Part shown: positions 1-13,989 of the stretch, in pieces
Position numbering within the stretch: the stretch's first letter is position 1
Layout of the letters: each line of letters begins with the position of its first letter
From: Gnetum montanum
Lineage: Eukaryota; Plantae; Gnetophyta
Direction: 5' to 3'
Assembly: GCA_015680685.1 (NCBI GenBank)
Contig: MNCI01001919.1
Span: 900,712 to 964,711, forward strand
DNA: 64,000 bases
Program-made: the position numbers and the translations under genes
Notes under the pieces: model-generated
Databases searched by the model: none
What the model saw: only the letters and a program-made list of their open reading frames with translations
Told to the model about the DNA's origin: nothing

Positions 1-239
1 AATAACTCACAGTACTTGATAAAGTTGGCTGAATCTCTTAAAGTAAGTCATTTGTATTTCACACACACGCAATCGTTACATTGCACACAACCGCACGCCG
101 CAACAGCACACACACATACTCACATTAACTACTGAGTTATTTGGAGGTATTTGGGCCTTGGTGTAGCCAGAGACCAGCAGGCACCTAAATCCTGTTCGAG
201 GACACTCGTTGGCGGTCGCGTCCCAAACGGTCGCCAACA
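1..239 (+). mobile_element. 3' end of an LTR (family X) inserted into the Tat-like gag
   Basis: Ends ...CCCAAACGGTCGCCAACA at 239, exactly where the minus-strand gag frame (…FTKYNGEGDP) breaks. Homologous to 17998-18280 on the opposite strand (shared CACCAAGGCCCA-ATACCTCCAAATAA). Confidence 0.7.
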
Positions 240-3200
240 GGGTCCCCTTCACCATTGTACTTAGTGAAGTGGTGTAGTGGGATCTCAATTGGTAGAGTTA
301 GAGGTGGGATAGCAGGACTTATGGGATCTTCCTGGTAGAAGTCCACTACTAGAACTGTCTTAGAGGAGGTGGCCTTGAGCCACTTTACCTCTTCTGTCAA
401 TGTTTGAATCTATTGAAATGATTGATCCAAGCTTTGGGATGTTGTAGTAGGTTGTGCTAGTTGTGCTACCCACTATACTAGTTGTGTGGTCCATTAGCTA
501 GTTGCAAGTTGTGAGGCCACATGAGATGCTTGCTATGTTGACTATGCTATGGGCCCAATGACTGGGGCAAGCCATGCATGCACGGGTTAAACCACTATTA
601 AGGATGCTGATGAAATAGGTAGGACATAAGGTGCCTAAGTCACATGGGGCTGAGAAACATGCATAGTATGAACAAAAGGCTAAATAGGCATAATTGTTGT
701 TGGTAGGGATGATTGGGCAAGTTGCAACAATTCCATGAAGTGCAAGTTAATAGGGGGAAGTGCATCTTGATGCATATGCTATGTTTGGTATTTTGCTACC
801 ATAGGTGTTGACTTGGAAGGTGACACTGGGGCTATGACCATCTCAAGAAAGATAGGTGGGTGGGATTGTAGAAGGGCCAAACTAGGGATTGTCCCCTAGA
901 AGATAGTGTGAAAGGAGTCTTCATGCTCAAAAAAAGCTTTGAACTCATCCTACTCTTCATGCAAGGATTCCTCATAATCTATCCCTACTTCATGCTCACT
1001 TATTCAGATGAGCTGGGGAAGCATCCAATGGTAGGGTTTTGTGAGCAGGATGAAGTTAACTAGGGAGGGGCGATATACTCCCATCTATCTTGGTGAACAA
1101 GCTCATAGCCCCATTTAGCTTCCATGTCCAAAAAATCTATGAATAGGCTTGCTTGGATCTTTGCACAGATGAAGTTATATTATTCATCATTTAGCATGGT
1201 ATACTTGGGATCTTGGCCACATAGCCTAAGGGATTGCCTTGGCTCTACCATAGCAAGACTAGTAAGGTGGTCAATCCTAGTTTCTTATTGGGTGGTCAAG
1301 ATAGCTCGTGTACTTAGAATGGATGTTGAAGGTTGCTCAAAACTCATGTATGTGGGTTAAAAGTTGCAAAAAAATGGCTAACTCTATTGGTTGCAAAAAA
1401 CGACTAACACTAGAAACTATATAAAAAATGGCTAAGTTTGGTAACTATAGAAAAATACCTAACTTTGAAGACTATGCTCTCTACACTAAGAGCTAACTAC
1501 ACTCTCTATTAAGTATCCATAATTTAGCTAAGTGTGGGAATGTATGCTCTGGGGTTGCCACACGGGGTTCCAAGGGAACCAACAACAGGGTCTAGTTTAC
1601 ACCAACCAATTGGTAGACAATTCCTACACTGGTCTAAGATCCAACTACTATCGCACATGTTGTAGGTCCATAAGGGTTTTAGCTCTATGCTAGCCTGAAG
1701 CTAGCCACAGTTATGTAGAAAGCACATGAGACAACTATCATGGAGATTAAAGAGAAAAATGGTTTGGTCCTCCTTCTAGCAACAAAAAACTATAGTGATC
1801 GAAAATGTCAGTGATTGGAACACCAAGGGATTCATAAGTGCATGGTCCTAACCCCACGTCAATGCAAGGGCCTACTAGAGGTCAAGACAAGATGCCCTGA
1901 ATGGTCTTTTCAATCAAACAAGGACTTATAGAATGAAAACAAAAAATGATGCTAAGTTTTTGCATGGTGTCAACGATGTCAGCAATATTACTGGGATGTG
2001 AGCATAGTCAAAGGGTTTAAGTGAAAAGAAAAGGTGTCAATATGCTAGGATGACCACCCAAGTGTGGTTATGCATTGAAATGGTAGAAAATGCAAGTAAA
2101 ATACTAAAAAAGGCAAGTAAAAATGCTAAAAATGCAAATAAAGAGAGAGAGAGATAATAGAACACCACGCCAAATGGGGTTGAGCATAGTTAACTCTAGA
2201 AGGGGTGAGAAGGTATGCAGTGTACAATAGGCATAGTGGACAGCATAGTCATAGTCTCAGGGATGTCTAGCCATGAAAACTAACATTTTCCCATGGTGTT
2301 TGTGCCTGTCAAGTTGGCCACTATAGTGTGTAGTGGTCTGTGGTGGTCTACGATGGACTATAGTGATCTAAAACTTTACCTCTCTCTGGTTTCCCAGAAT
2401 GCCTTTCTTACTAACCCAAATGCACTAATGCTTCAAATTTTTTCCAACCCCTAAAATGTTGAGAGTGGGGGTATTTATAGGGCTAGGTTTGATGTGAAAT
2501 GTAGATGAACTCTCACATGGCAGAGGGGATAGTTGGGACTATGCTATCACCCAACTATGCTTTTCACTAAGGGTAGTGGTGTTATGCTCTACTTTGTTTT
2601 ACTAGACTTTGTGAAGTTAAGAGATTGTGACTATGCTACCAACTACATGTGTATGCACTGAGAAGACCACAATATACTTGAAAAAATGCAACTTTGGAGA
2701 CTATGCTCTAGGACTCTGCTCTCCACTATCTTGTGCGGGATCGAGTGTAGTTACAATTTGGGGACTAAAAGTGGATACAACAAAAATGCATTTTGCTAAC
2801 TATGCTTGTTGAAGATGAGCTAAATGCTAGTGCTATGTTGTAAAGGCCTTTGGAGGTTGTTCTTGTTGACTATGCTCTAGACTAGGGAAGAGTGTAGTCC
2901 AACACTTAGAAAAAATTTTGCAAAATGTGACTATGTGCTGACTACGCTTTCTATGGGAGGCTAACTACACTCCTAACTAGGGGTGAGCATAGTCTCAACA
3001 CTTGGAAAAACTTGCAAAAACTAACTTCCAATTGACTACAATTTGGGCTAGTGGAGAGTGTAGCCTCAACACTTAAAAAAATCTACAAAAAATAAGTCTT
3101 CATGTTGACTATGCTTGACTACACTCTAGGGCAATGTAGAGCGTAGTCTCAGCACTTAGAAAATTCTATAGTGGCTAGCTTGACACTTAGAAAAATTTAC

Positions 3201-3501
3201 AAAACTAGCCTTTTTTGTTGACTACACTATCTACTAAGCTAATTATGCTCTGGGGTAGTGGAGAGCATAGTCCCAACACTTAGAAAAATTTGCAACTTCT
3301 TGCTTCATGATGAAACTTATGAAAAATTGCAAAACATTAGTTTTTTGGAGCTACCTATGCTTTTCACTGGGTTGACTATGCTCTAGGGTAGTGAAGAGCA
3401 TAGTCCCAACACTTAGAAAAAATTTGTAGAAAGTGGCCTCATGTTGACACTTAGACAAATTTGCAGTCGAGACACTGTAGTCCAAATTTGGTGGTGTTTC
3501 A
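240..3501 (-). mobile_element. Degenerate Tat/Ogre-like Ty3/Gypsy element, 5' part (LTR ~1791-3501, PBS ~1768-1787, gag remnant ~240-1310)
   Basis: On the minus strand: start TGAAACACCACCAAATTT, TATA box (CTATAAATACC, ~2470), many GACTATGCT/AGCATAGTC repeats, PBS-like TTGTTGCTAGAAGGAGG. Gag motif EIPLHHFTKYNGEGDP resembles Tat/Ogre FEKYDGxGDP. Confidence 0.65.
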
Positions 3502-3861
3502 AGCCTATTATCCAATCTCCTACTACTTTATCTTCTTTACATTGGCATTTTTCTTATGATTTGGATTTTTCATGAGGCTCTTTTAATCCTAACCTTTTGA
3601 TGCCATGCCTTGTCATAATTCATGCTCTAGGCATTATCATTTTATGTGCCTAATCTTCATGTAGTACCTATAGAGATTTGGAAGGTTCTTATAAATCACC
3701 ATTTTCTTCAAGCTATCATGAGTGCCCTCCATTCATATATGTGAGTAGAGCTTAGTGTTCATGGATATGCACACATAGAGTCTAACATCAATTAAACATG
3801 ATTTTTTTTCCATGGGACTATATAAGGTAATCAACTCTTCAAATATTTTTCTAATAAATAA

Positions 3862-4769
3862 TGATGAGCAGTGGGTACTCCCTTCACTCAACTATATGAA
3901 TCTCTAGCATGCACAAGTGATCCAGTCAAATTTCATAGATTCTAATTACCTTAATGGTTGATATTATTGAATGGTGAAAGATGTGGTATACTAATCATTT
4001 TCTTTTCAATCAATAGTTGTGTTAATCTATTGGTATGCTTAAGTGTGATTAAGGTGTAAGATATTCATTTTTTTATAATTTTTATAATTTTCTGTATCTA
4101 TCAAATAATTAAATAGAGAAATATTTTATATTTAAATTAAGTAATTAATTAACTAATCAATTAACTAACCTAACCTAACCATAGAACATCCATTTCAACT
4201 CTCTATATGCATCTTGAATGTATATTATTAACACCATTGGGTTTCAAGTGTCTACTGTTGGGTGAACCAAGTATCGACTTCTGGGATTATCAAGCATTAA
4301 TAAATTATGTTCAAAGTGATTGTACTTACATTGATTATGAATTATAATATCAAATATGTAATAATATTAAAGTAAATTTCATTCAAAGTTAATTATTAGA
4401 AAGTAAAGTATAATTAACCCAAATGATGTAATGAATGGAAGAAATATTGATTTAATTATCATTCATGTAACTATGTCTAGGTACATGTTACACTTGAATA
4501 AAATGTGATACAATCACTTCAATCCACATTGTAGGTACTTAGAGGAAAATTTTTTCTAAATTCTATGAAAAGAAACTACAAGAGTTTGGTTAAGGGAACA
4601 ACTAAATGAGGCCATAAATGCAAGGGATATGTGCATTTATATAGGCAATGGCTACACCATTGTTGATGCATTTGCATCAACACATCCTAATATGGATTGA
4701 TGAGGTTACATCAATAGGGATGCATTAATGTCCATACATTAATGAATTAACCTTATTCACACTTCATCA
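3862..4769 (-). mobile_element. 3' LTR of an old Athila-like element (copy A)
   Basis: TGATGAGCAGTGGGTACTCCCTTCACTCAAC at 3862 is homologous to the LTR terminus at 54874. The other end, CTTCATCA, is followed by the PPT complement TACCCCCATGACT (4770-4783). Length ~0.9 kb matches the other copies. Confidence 0.75.
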
Positions 4770-4949
4770 TACCCCCATGACTAACTAAAAATTTATCCTT
4801 GAGTGAACAAAATTGAGATCAAGTGTGTTACAAAATTTGGGAAAATATGGAACTTTATTAATTGAATGACTAATTGACTTTGAGTACTAGATTGTATAGA
4901 TTAAAAATTAGTGCAAATTACAATAAAATTAGACACTTAGATAAAAATA

Positions 4950-7900
4950 GTAGAAGCCTGTTGAATGGATGGAAGAAGGATGAGTCTTAACATAGTGCCT
5001 AGAGATGGAGGCTCCTATGTCTTTGAGGGTCATTCATCATGTCTTGGTGCTATTGGAGATTATGACTATCTTATTGTTGCTACTAAAAATTTGAAGGCAT
5101 CTACAAGTATCTTCATTTTTTGCTCTTTTTCATATAAGTCATAAATGACCTAAGCTTCTTCACCTAGGTGTGGTAGTATTGGAATATTCCATGGATACAA
5201 CAGTGATAGAAATATTTCCTTCATATTTACAAACCAGGCTACAAATTATTTATGTTTAAAGTTAAATTTATAGATAACATTTGTTAGCTCTTGGTGGGTA
5301 CTCATTCTTCTAGATAGGTTCTTAGCAACAAATCATTAATCAATGAACTTTCTCTTGAGAATTTCATGCTTTGCATTGGCCACCTCTAACTTTTGCTTCA
5401 TCTTCTTATGGACCTTGAACTCTACCTCGTAAAGAAGATAAGAGTTCATCACCTACTTTTTTAATTTAGTCTTGGGACTCCCCATGTTTAGTGTTACCAA
5501 TTTTTCATAATGTAGGTTGATGAGCTCCATGTATTCAATCATCTTCTTAATTTGCAGCTCCTTCATGTGAAATTTTGCTTGATTGTATGAATTGAGTCCA
5601 TCAAACATGTCTTGCCATGCATTAAACTTTTGATAAAGTTGTTGAATGACCTCAGTCACCTTCATCTTGGTTAACTTGATTCCTTTCTCATTGATCTTCT
5701 TAAGCTTTCCAACTTGATCCCTATAGTGATTTTTCACTCTTTCAAACTTTAAGACTTCATTCTTCTAGAAGGTATTCTCAATAACAATCTTCTAGCAAAG
5801 GGTTTGAACCTCTTCAAGTAAGAAATTTCTATTTTCTACAACAAATCTCCTTAGATCCATGTTTACATGGGGAAGTTATTCCTGTTGCTGGTAATTATAT
5901 TCTACCATATAGTCTTCTTACTGCTTAGCATTATGTAGATGGTGGTTATCATGTATGAGTACTAGGTTTTCCTTGTGAACTTGTGAGAGATCATGATCAA
6001 TGTTTTTAATCATGGCCTTAAATTTCAAGATATTTTTGCTAATAATTATATTCTACCATATAGTCTTCTTACTACTTAGCATTATGTAGGTGCTGGTTAT
6101 CATGTATGAGTACTAGGTTTTCCTTGAAAACTTGTGAGAGATCATGGTCAATGTTATTGATGATGATGTCTAATAGTGATGCCTTGAAGATCATCATCTT
6201 CTTTTCATTCTTTTCCTCTTGGTATTTTTATTGAAGCTACTAAAAAGCTTGATCTCTAGTTGGCTCTAACCTAGGAATTACTAGATCAAAGAGATGGGCT
6301 CTTAATTTCACAACCTCAGTGGCCAATCATCAATTACTAGTGATGGTCTCCTCAAGTTAAGCATTGAAAATTTGTAATTTATCACTTGTTTCAAATAGTT
6401 GTGACTAAGTTGTTGATATGTGTTCTAGAATATCAAAGATCTTTGAAAGAAGTTGCCTAGATCTCACTAGTCATTCTAATACTTTTTCATGTTGGGTAGC
6501 ACTCATCCATCCTTTACCTATTCTTGTTGATGCATGTATGTCTACCATGGTATTAATGTTGGGTATAGATGTAATAGGAGCATTTAGTGCTTCACTAACT
6601 CATTCTACCACCACCTCTACCACTATCTCCTGGCACTTGTGCAACATGACTAGGACTATCATTCCTTCTCCTTCTTCTAGCATGATAGAGAAAACTACAA
6701 CATTTATAGAGATTTCAAAAAATTCTTATCCTAGGATGGATATAGTAACTTCTTTATCACTAGAATTGGGATGGATAGATGCTTGTTTTCTCTATGCTAA
6801 TAATAGTGGTGTTTTCTCACTTTCCAGCTAGCTAATGATTCTTGCAACCTCATTTAAATAGCTCATGGTTGGATGATACATAGATGATTCTTTACCATCT
6901 TTAGAGGATTTTTGTCACTGCAACTATTTCTCCCTAACTTTTCTAAGGTTTGCAGTAGCTATAAGCATATCTAGTAGTATCTCTAGTGCCACAAGTAGTA
7001 AATGTGATTGTTCCTCTTCTTATGGCTTAGCAATGAATTTTTTATTCATCATCTTCTACCATGATGCGGTAGGAGTGTGATAGATCACATCATTAAAATA
7101 ACAAGCTAGTCCTATCCTCTTGTGTAGATTTCTAATTAAGGATGAAAAGGAAAATGTCTTCTTACCCTTCTCATTCTCCTTGAAATGTTTCCCTATCTCA
7201 AGAAGAATGAGTTATGGTAAGCTTACAAGGAGCTTTCTACTTAGAGCTATAAATGTCATGGTGGAGAAGGTTGTGGTTCTACTTAACCTTACCATTGGAT
7301 TAAGGTTACAAGTCATAATCTTAAAGTAGGTGCTTTCTACCTTGATTGGGACACTGTACTCCTTATAGTCCACTTCATACTACTATTGGACCCATCCCTT
7401 CTTAGCTTCTAGATATACCTACATGAATATTTCTACTAACTTTGCTTTGGTGTTTGACAAACCAAGAGCTTCTATAATGGTATGAATCAAGTAGGAGATG
7501 CCGATGTCTTTGATTTTTATTAAGGCATCTCCTTGTTAGTTATTCTAGAAGAGGTAGGTTTCCCCCATGTATCATTCTCAATTATTGAAGAGAATAGGTC
7601 ACAAAGGAGACCCTTGTAGTTGTGTTCAGATCTCTTCTAATGCCAGCTCTAGAAATGACCTAAAGTTTAGCCTCTGTAGGAATCTTCTAGATCTAGATAT
7701 TTTCAAGGTAGAATTTTACAAGCTTGACCTCCAAGTTAGATCTTGGTCTTGAGACCTCATCCTACCTAAATTGACCTATCTCTATAGTAGAAATATTCCT
7801 AATAGATTCCACCTCTAGCTTCTCCCATAGGGGCCCAGGAGCATGAATTTCATTAACTACTTACTCTTGGAATTATTGTTGTTGTTGACTTCTTCCTTCT

Positions 7901-8020
7901 AGAGGTCACTTCACCTTGGGCTGTGATGGCCTTCTTTCCTATGATCCTCTATTGGGTACCATCTATAATCACAAACATGACCTTGGATTAGCTCTTAGGC
8001 ATAACAATTATTTCCTTTGG
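4950..8020 (-). pseudogene. Decayed Athila env-like ORF (coiled-coil C-terminus) of copy A
   Basis: Lies directly upstream of the PPT and 3' LTR. ORF fragment 5453-5737 is coiled-coil-like; the region is patchily homologous to 55962-58734. Many stops. Confidence 0.6.
5891..6155. repeat. Tandem duplication, ~115-bp copies spaced ~150 bp
   Basis: TAATTATATTCTACCATATAGTCTTCTTACT...GAGAGATCATG occurs at ~5892 and ~6043. Confidence 0.85.
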
Positions 8021-8769
8021 ATACCTTTCTTTATTAGATCAAGTTATGTTTTTTTGGATAGATGTTAGAATTTTATCATTAAGTTTTTGTTTAATGATCA
8101 CAAGCTTATGATATTATTTTATTTTCATTTTAAAAGAGTTTGATTATTGATATTAACTCTTTTGATCATTAATTTAATATCTTATTCATGGGAGTTAAAA
8201 AAAATTTAAAAATTTTCTATAAAACAATTAGTTTTGATGCTCCCACGATGTAAAGTGTATCTTCAGTAGCTTGAGAATTGAATAATGAGTAAATTTGGAT
8301 AAGAAGTTTGAAAGTTAGGGTTCCTAGAAGGTTCTTGAACTTTGAAAAATGGAAAAAACTTGTCTATGGTTTGGAAGAAATGGTGAAAATGAGGTATGGA
8401 TCATGCATATATGTAGTATTTTTATCATGCATCAACTAGGATGTTTCAACAGGGCTATGTTGATACATTCCACTACATCAATGGGGATGCTATGATGTAT
8501 TTATTTGTAGCTTGAATTTTCAATTTGAAGATTGAGGAATTTTGGATAAGTTTGGGAATAAAAAAAGAGCTAAATGGAACCTAAAAGATTTAAAATCATA
8601 GCAACAATGTGGAAGAGGATATGTTTTACCAAAAAAGAAATGAGAGAACACTAGATGAATTTTTAGAGAATATTCTAATGCCAAAATAGAGTAAAAACTA
8701 GATGTTTTTTAAGGCTAGCAAGAGGATCTAATGTACAATCGGTCTATGGTTCGAGAATGATGGTATACT

Positions 8770-8915
8770 AGCACCCAATGTACAATAGATTAGGTCTTTT
8801 GAGAGTGATTTTCTAGTCATCCTTAACATAAATATTATTTGATGATATTCACTCTTTAAATCAATCTTGGATAAGATTTTAGTATTAGTAAGCATATAAA
8901 AAAATATTATCCATT
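8770..8915 (-). pseudogene. Small Ty3/Gypsy reverse transcriptase fragment
   Basis: KILSKIDLKSEYHQI matches the conserved FSKIDLRSGYHQI RT motif. Confidence 0.65.
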
Positions 8916-8959
8916 CAAGATATCTATACCAGGCTCTGCAACCCTTGGTAGTCATTCAT

Positions 8960-9560
8960 TTTCTTGCCAAGTTTTTAGCAATAGATCATTAATTTGTGAA
9001 TTTGCTCTTGAGAACTTTAACCTTTGTGTTGGCTATCTCCAACTTTTTTTGGTCTCTTTGTAGAGCTTGAAGTCAAATTTTCCTTGTGTAGTGCTAGTTC
9101 TACCAATGCCTTAAAAAAGATCCTAATAAGATGCCAATGTACATGAATTCTAGGATTATTGATAGTATTACCATTAACTACATATTTTCTACAATCTTTG
9201 GTGTGTTATTTTTATAAGCCATGGCTAACAACATTAAAAAGGATCTATCATAGGTCTGTAGAGAAAACTTGGTCCTCATCAAGGATAATCAGTACCTACA
9301 AAACACTGAGTAATAAAAGGACTAGATGGTCAAATTCATATTCCAATAGTAGGAGGAGCTCACTAAGATAAACATAAGTCTGAGAAGGTTGGTAGTAGAA
9401 AGTCTCAATTTCTCGATGGAGGAAGTCTTTGATCTTTTCCAAAAGATCATCATTGAGGTATCTACCTAGGAAAATAAGGCCTTGAAGTTTGAATGAGTAA
9501 AGAATCATTATAGGCACATTGTTGTCCCACTTATGCATGGTAGTGCTCATTCTTATTATT
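8960..9560 (-). pseudogene. Second fragment of the Athila env-like C-terminal region
   Basis: 8975-9045 aligns by eye with 5322-5392 (TAGCAA...TCATTAAT...CTCTTGAGAA...TTGGC-A-CTC-AACT). Confidence 0.5.
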
Positions 9561-11127
9561 AATTCCTTGGTAGTACCTATGGCAACATATCTTTCATGGT
9601 ATTTATTACTTCAATGAGTTAATTTAATGAAGGTTCAACTTGTCATATGGTATGGATTTTTGGAACCTCATTTGCTCAAATCATTTTTAATTATATATTA
9701 TGAATTTTATGTTCAAAATAAATAGAGCAATGGTTGGATGATCGGATTTCATCCCGAAAAATTTTGTTAGCTTTCTCGTTGGAAAATTGGGACATTTCTT
9801 TTGATTTTTACTAGGCATATTGTTATCTTAATATGTTATTTCATGAAAAACTTAAGGCTCTTAATCTTCCTTCATCGAGGGCTTGGGATAAGAGATGTAA
9901 TAAGATATAAAACATGATCCATGGGAGTACTCATGGGGAATGGCTTGCATAGGGATTGAACTTGTACCAAGAGCAAATTTTCCATAATTTACAGATCATG
10001 TTCGATTAGTAGTACAATCAAAAATCATAAACTGTTACAGGTGTAAATGTCCTTTTAGTGAAAAATATATTCTCATGACAACCATGAAACTACATTAGAA
10101 GAAAAGTTTCCATTGTTTATAGACTATGTTCTAATGGTAGTGTGGAAATCCCATAATCATAAAAATATTTTAAGAAAAAAATGAAAAAATGAAAAAATGT
10201 TAAACAAAGTATTATTTTGAATGATAAGCTCTCTACTTTTCATGGCAACAAGATAAGGTTATTAACATTGATGTATGAAGAATCTCCATCATCAACAACT
10301 ACTGCAAGTATGGAAGGCTACTTATTTTTGAAAGATATAGTGTCATAAGACATGCATAAATTAATAAACAATGTTCATGAATGTCTCATGTGATAGTTAC
10401 TTGCATTTGTCTTGTTCTTTAAAAGTTATGTAAATTAGTGATAACACAATGTCTTGATGTTCTTAAGCACTAATACCTTAGTTCTTCTTTTGTCATAAAC
10501 TTTTCCTTTCTTTTATTACTTTTTTCATTTTTACTTACTTTTTCATCTTATTCCTTTATTTTTTTGTAGAAGTGTTTGAAATCAGCAAGTGTTAATATGG
10601 TGTGACTCATAGTCCCTTAAAGTCTAATTGTAAGCCACGATTGCCTTAGAGTTAACTTTAGTACATTGAGTACCTACGATGAGGTGCAACTTGCACCTCC
10701 CTCGCATCTTGATTTTTACCTACTAGTTTAATTTATTAGTGTAACCTACTATGACCTACAACCTATCACACTTGAAAATTTAGAATAGTCTTGTGGAAAT
10801 TGTGGATGCCTACAACTTATAGTGCATTCCACTGTAACGTTTTATTACTCAACTTTTGAAATAGTGGAGGTAGTTGTAACCCTTAGTTTCCTAGCTATGA
10901 CTAGTTGCAACCTGTAGTCATTCACAACTAAAATAGTGATTAAGATTTTTTTCTATCATGTTATAGTGGGCTGTGATCCACAATTAGTTGCAACCATATT
11001 AAAAACAAAAAAAATAGAAAGATGCATGAATAATGTTATGGCTCATGCTTCCTCGCAAAGCACTGTAGGTCATGCCCAATCATATGATTGACCTTCTACC
11101 CATGCATGTAGCTACTAATTCTCATGT

Positions 11128-11292
11128 TCAAGCTTATTCTCTCACACAACATGCTGAAAATAGGTCCCATATTTCTTGATTCTCATGTTTTTTTTGGTAT
11201 ATTTTCTATTTCAAGCTTCTTCTCTCACACAACATGCTGAAAATAGGTCCCATATTTCTTGATTCTCATGTTTTTTCTGGTATATTTTCTAT
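11128..11292. repeat. Near-perfect ~83-bp tandem duplication
   Basis: TTCAAGCTT-TTCTCTCACACAACATGCTGAAAATAGGTCCCATATTTCTTGATTCTCATG...TTTTCTAT occurs twice in tandem. Confidence 0.9.
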
Positions 11293-13989
11293 TGCACGCT
11301 ATTGTGAGCAACCATGCATGATGAGCATTCTCTTTAGGTGCAATTGGAAGTTCTAGTTCGCAAATCTTGGATTTTTTTTAGTTATTCTACATTTTGAACG
11401 TTGTAATTTCAGCATTCTCTTGCATTTCTTTCAATTATTCTACATTTTGGATGCTATAATTTGAGATATGGTTGTTATTCCTTGAAAATTTGCCTATTTA
11501 GTAAAATTCTTTTTTTAATGATATAATATGTATTTTGATGTGAAATTTAAGCTAGGGTTGTTTCTTCATTAATAAATTACCTATAGGAAATATCTTGCAT
11601 GATTTCCATGATAATTTTCTTATGATTTACCTTGTTGTCGTTTTGGTATATTACCTTCCTTACTCTAGTTATTACATTTTGAGTTATGTTCTTGTCACTA
11701 ATTCAAATATAAGGCTTGGTTTGGTTGTTTTTAAACTCTCACCCATTAAGGATTCTCATATGAGGATAACCTTATTTATACAAGAATTTCAAGATTATGG
11801 ACACTAATAAGCAACAAAATGATATTCTGGACTTGGAATGGTTAAGGAAAATTGAATAACTTTTTGCATAGTGTGTACTATATCCATCATGATATGCATC
11901 TCTAGGTTTTTAATTATATTATTTTTGTCACATTTATGCCATTTGATGGAATAGACTTTAACAACTATCTTATTTTCTTAAATTTTTTCTAGTACATTAG
12001 AATACTTGGATTATTTTCTTTAACAACTATCTTATTTTCTTTAACAACTATCTTATTTTGATTATGTTCAATACATAGGATTCTTTAAATTCAAGGATGA
12101 TGAAATCATGAGACCAATTGATCATTTCACAGTGGAAAAGCATATTCTAGATATGGCTACTAGAAAGAATGCAATATATACTTGGATGGATTACTAGTTC
12201 CTTTCAACTAAGACTTCTTTGTTTTCCACTTCATATATTAGTATATATTTAATATGGCCATGAACATACTAAGGATTTGTCTTGGATTTTCTAATAGTGA
12301 TCACCACAGTAGGTTTTTAGCATAAAAAATATTTGGATAGAAAATCAAGTTGTACTGGGAAATAACAAATCAAAGTTTAAGGGAATAGATTGTGCTTAAG
12401 TATACCAAAGAAATTCAAGGAGGATAACCTGAGAATGTATAAATATGATGAAAAATAGAAACATTGTACGTGTCACTTACACATAGGTTATATAGATACT
12501 TGCAACAATTCTTCCAAGTAAAATGTTGAGAAGCACAGAGATTTATTCTCCCAACAAATGAAATAACGTCCGTATTATGGATAATATATTGAAGTGATAA
12601 AGCTTGAATAGCTATTTTAATGCTTTCATATGCATCAATGTAATTGTAACTAAAGGTCATCTAATGTATGTATGGAGCAAAAAGTGTCTAGTAGAATGCA
12701 TAAATTTTAATAATAGAAACAAAGATACAATCAATATTACTAAATCTCCACAATTAATGATATCTTAAAAATTGAGGAGCAAACTTCACCATGTTATTCT
12801 GTACAACATACTTAAAATAAGAATTTTTAGAACCTAAGCTTCACATCCATTGATAACATAGATTGTTGATTTTCTCATGGCTATTGGTTCTCTATTCACC
12901 AAAATTGAATTAAAAAATTTTGGAGTTTCTTTTGGATGCTCATGTTCTATGCCTATCATTCTTGCTCAAACCACATCTACATGGGCAAGTGCTAAGCAAG
13001 CAAGCATCACACAAAATGTCTTTGCTTGTATAGAATTAAAACCCTAATCTATGTCACATCAAGTATCTAAAACAAAAATAACCATGAAAAAATGAATTCT
13101 TATATCCTAATTAACTTAAAATTAGCAAGGGTAGGCTCCAAACCTCAAAAGATAAAAATATTGTTAAAATTCTCATGCTCTGTTCACGTTGTCAATTTCC
13201 TCATCACAACGTGAATTTAGGTCACTAAGGAATGAAGAAAATGGCAAGTGACATTCCTAGAGCATTGGCATCACCAACAAAATTTTTTAACTAGGGATTT
13301 ACCATGGAATAATTTAGGAAACATTCATCTAATAAAATAGTTGGACCATGTTTGCATACCTCATTGCAACTCCATGGTAATAATAGAAGAAGTTCTTTGG
13401 GCCTAAAGAAGTTTTATTTTCCACCATTCTCACAAGATGTGGTAGGTAGATGTGAAATGCAAGGTTTTCTATGGTAATAAAATTGTAGTCAAGGCATAGC
13501 AAGAAGACAACTATAGAATTAGTAGAAGCAAGTAGATGGTGTCGTTGCAAAAAAGCTCATCCATCGATGACATAGAAGGGTAACAATAATGTGACTCCTC
13601 CTACATCATAGCCAATAAAAACTTAAACATAAAATTTTCCATGACTGCTAGAGGCACAGTTGTGAGACTTCAATGACCAAGGAACTAGGAAAATGTGCAG
13701 AAAATAAGAGCAACAAAAGAAAATAGGGTGGTGGCTAATGACGGCACTACCTTCCAGTGCAAGATCAAGGTGACGCAGCATCTAACATGATAGCCATGGG
13801 GCCTGTGTACACCCTCAAAGGTCTACGCATCTAATGTAGATGTGTAGACACACAAGCCCTTAAGGCCACATAGCCTTAATAGTTTTTTATTATTATTATC
13901 ATCATTACAATTTGCAAGACTTTTTAAACATAAAAAAATAGGAGTTTTATGGTTTAAAAAGGAGGAATTTATAAGCATGTGGCAAACAC

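Noticed and set aside
10560-11070. GTTGCAACC/TACAACC-rich tract as CACTA subterminal repeats
   Set aside because: No CACTA terminus, TIR partner or 3-bp TSD identifiable; too degenerate to call.
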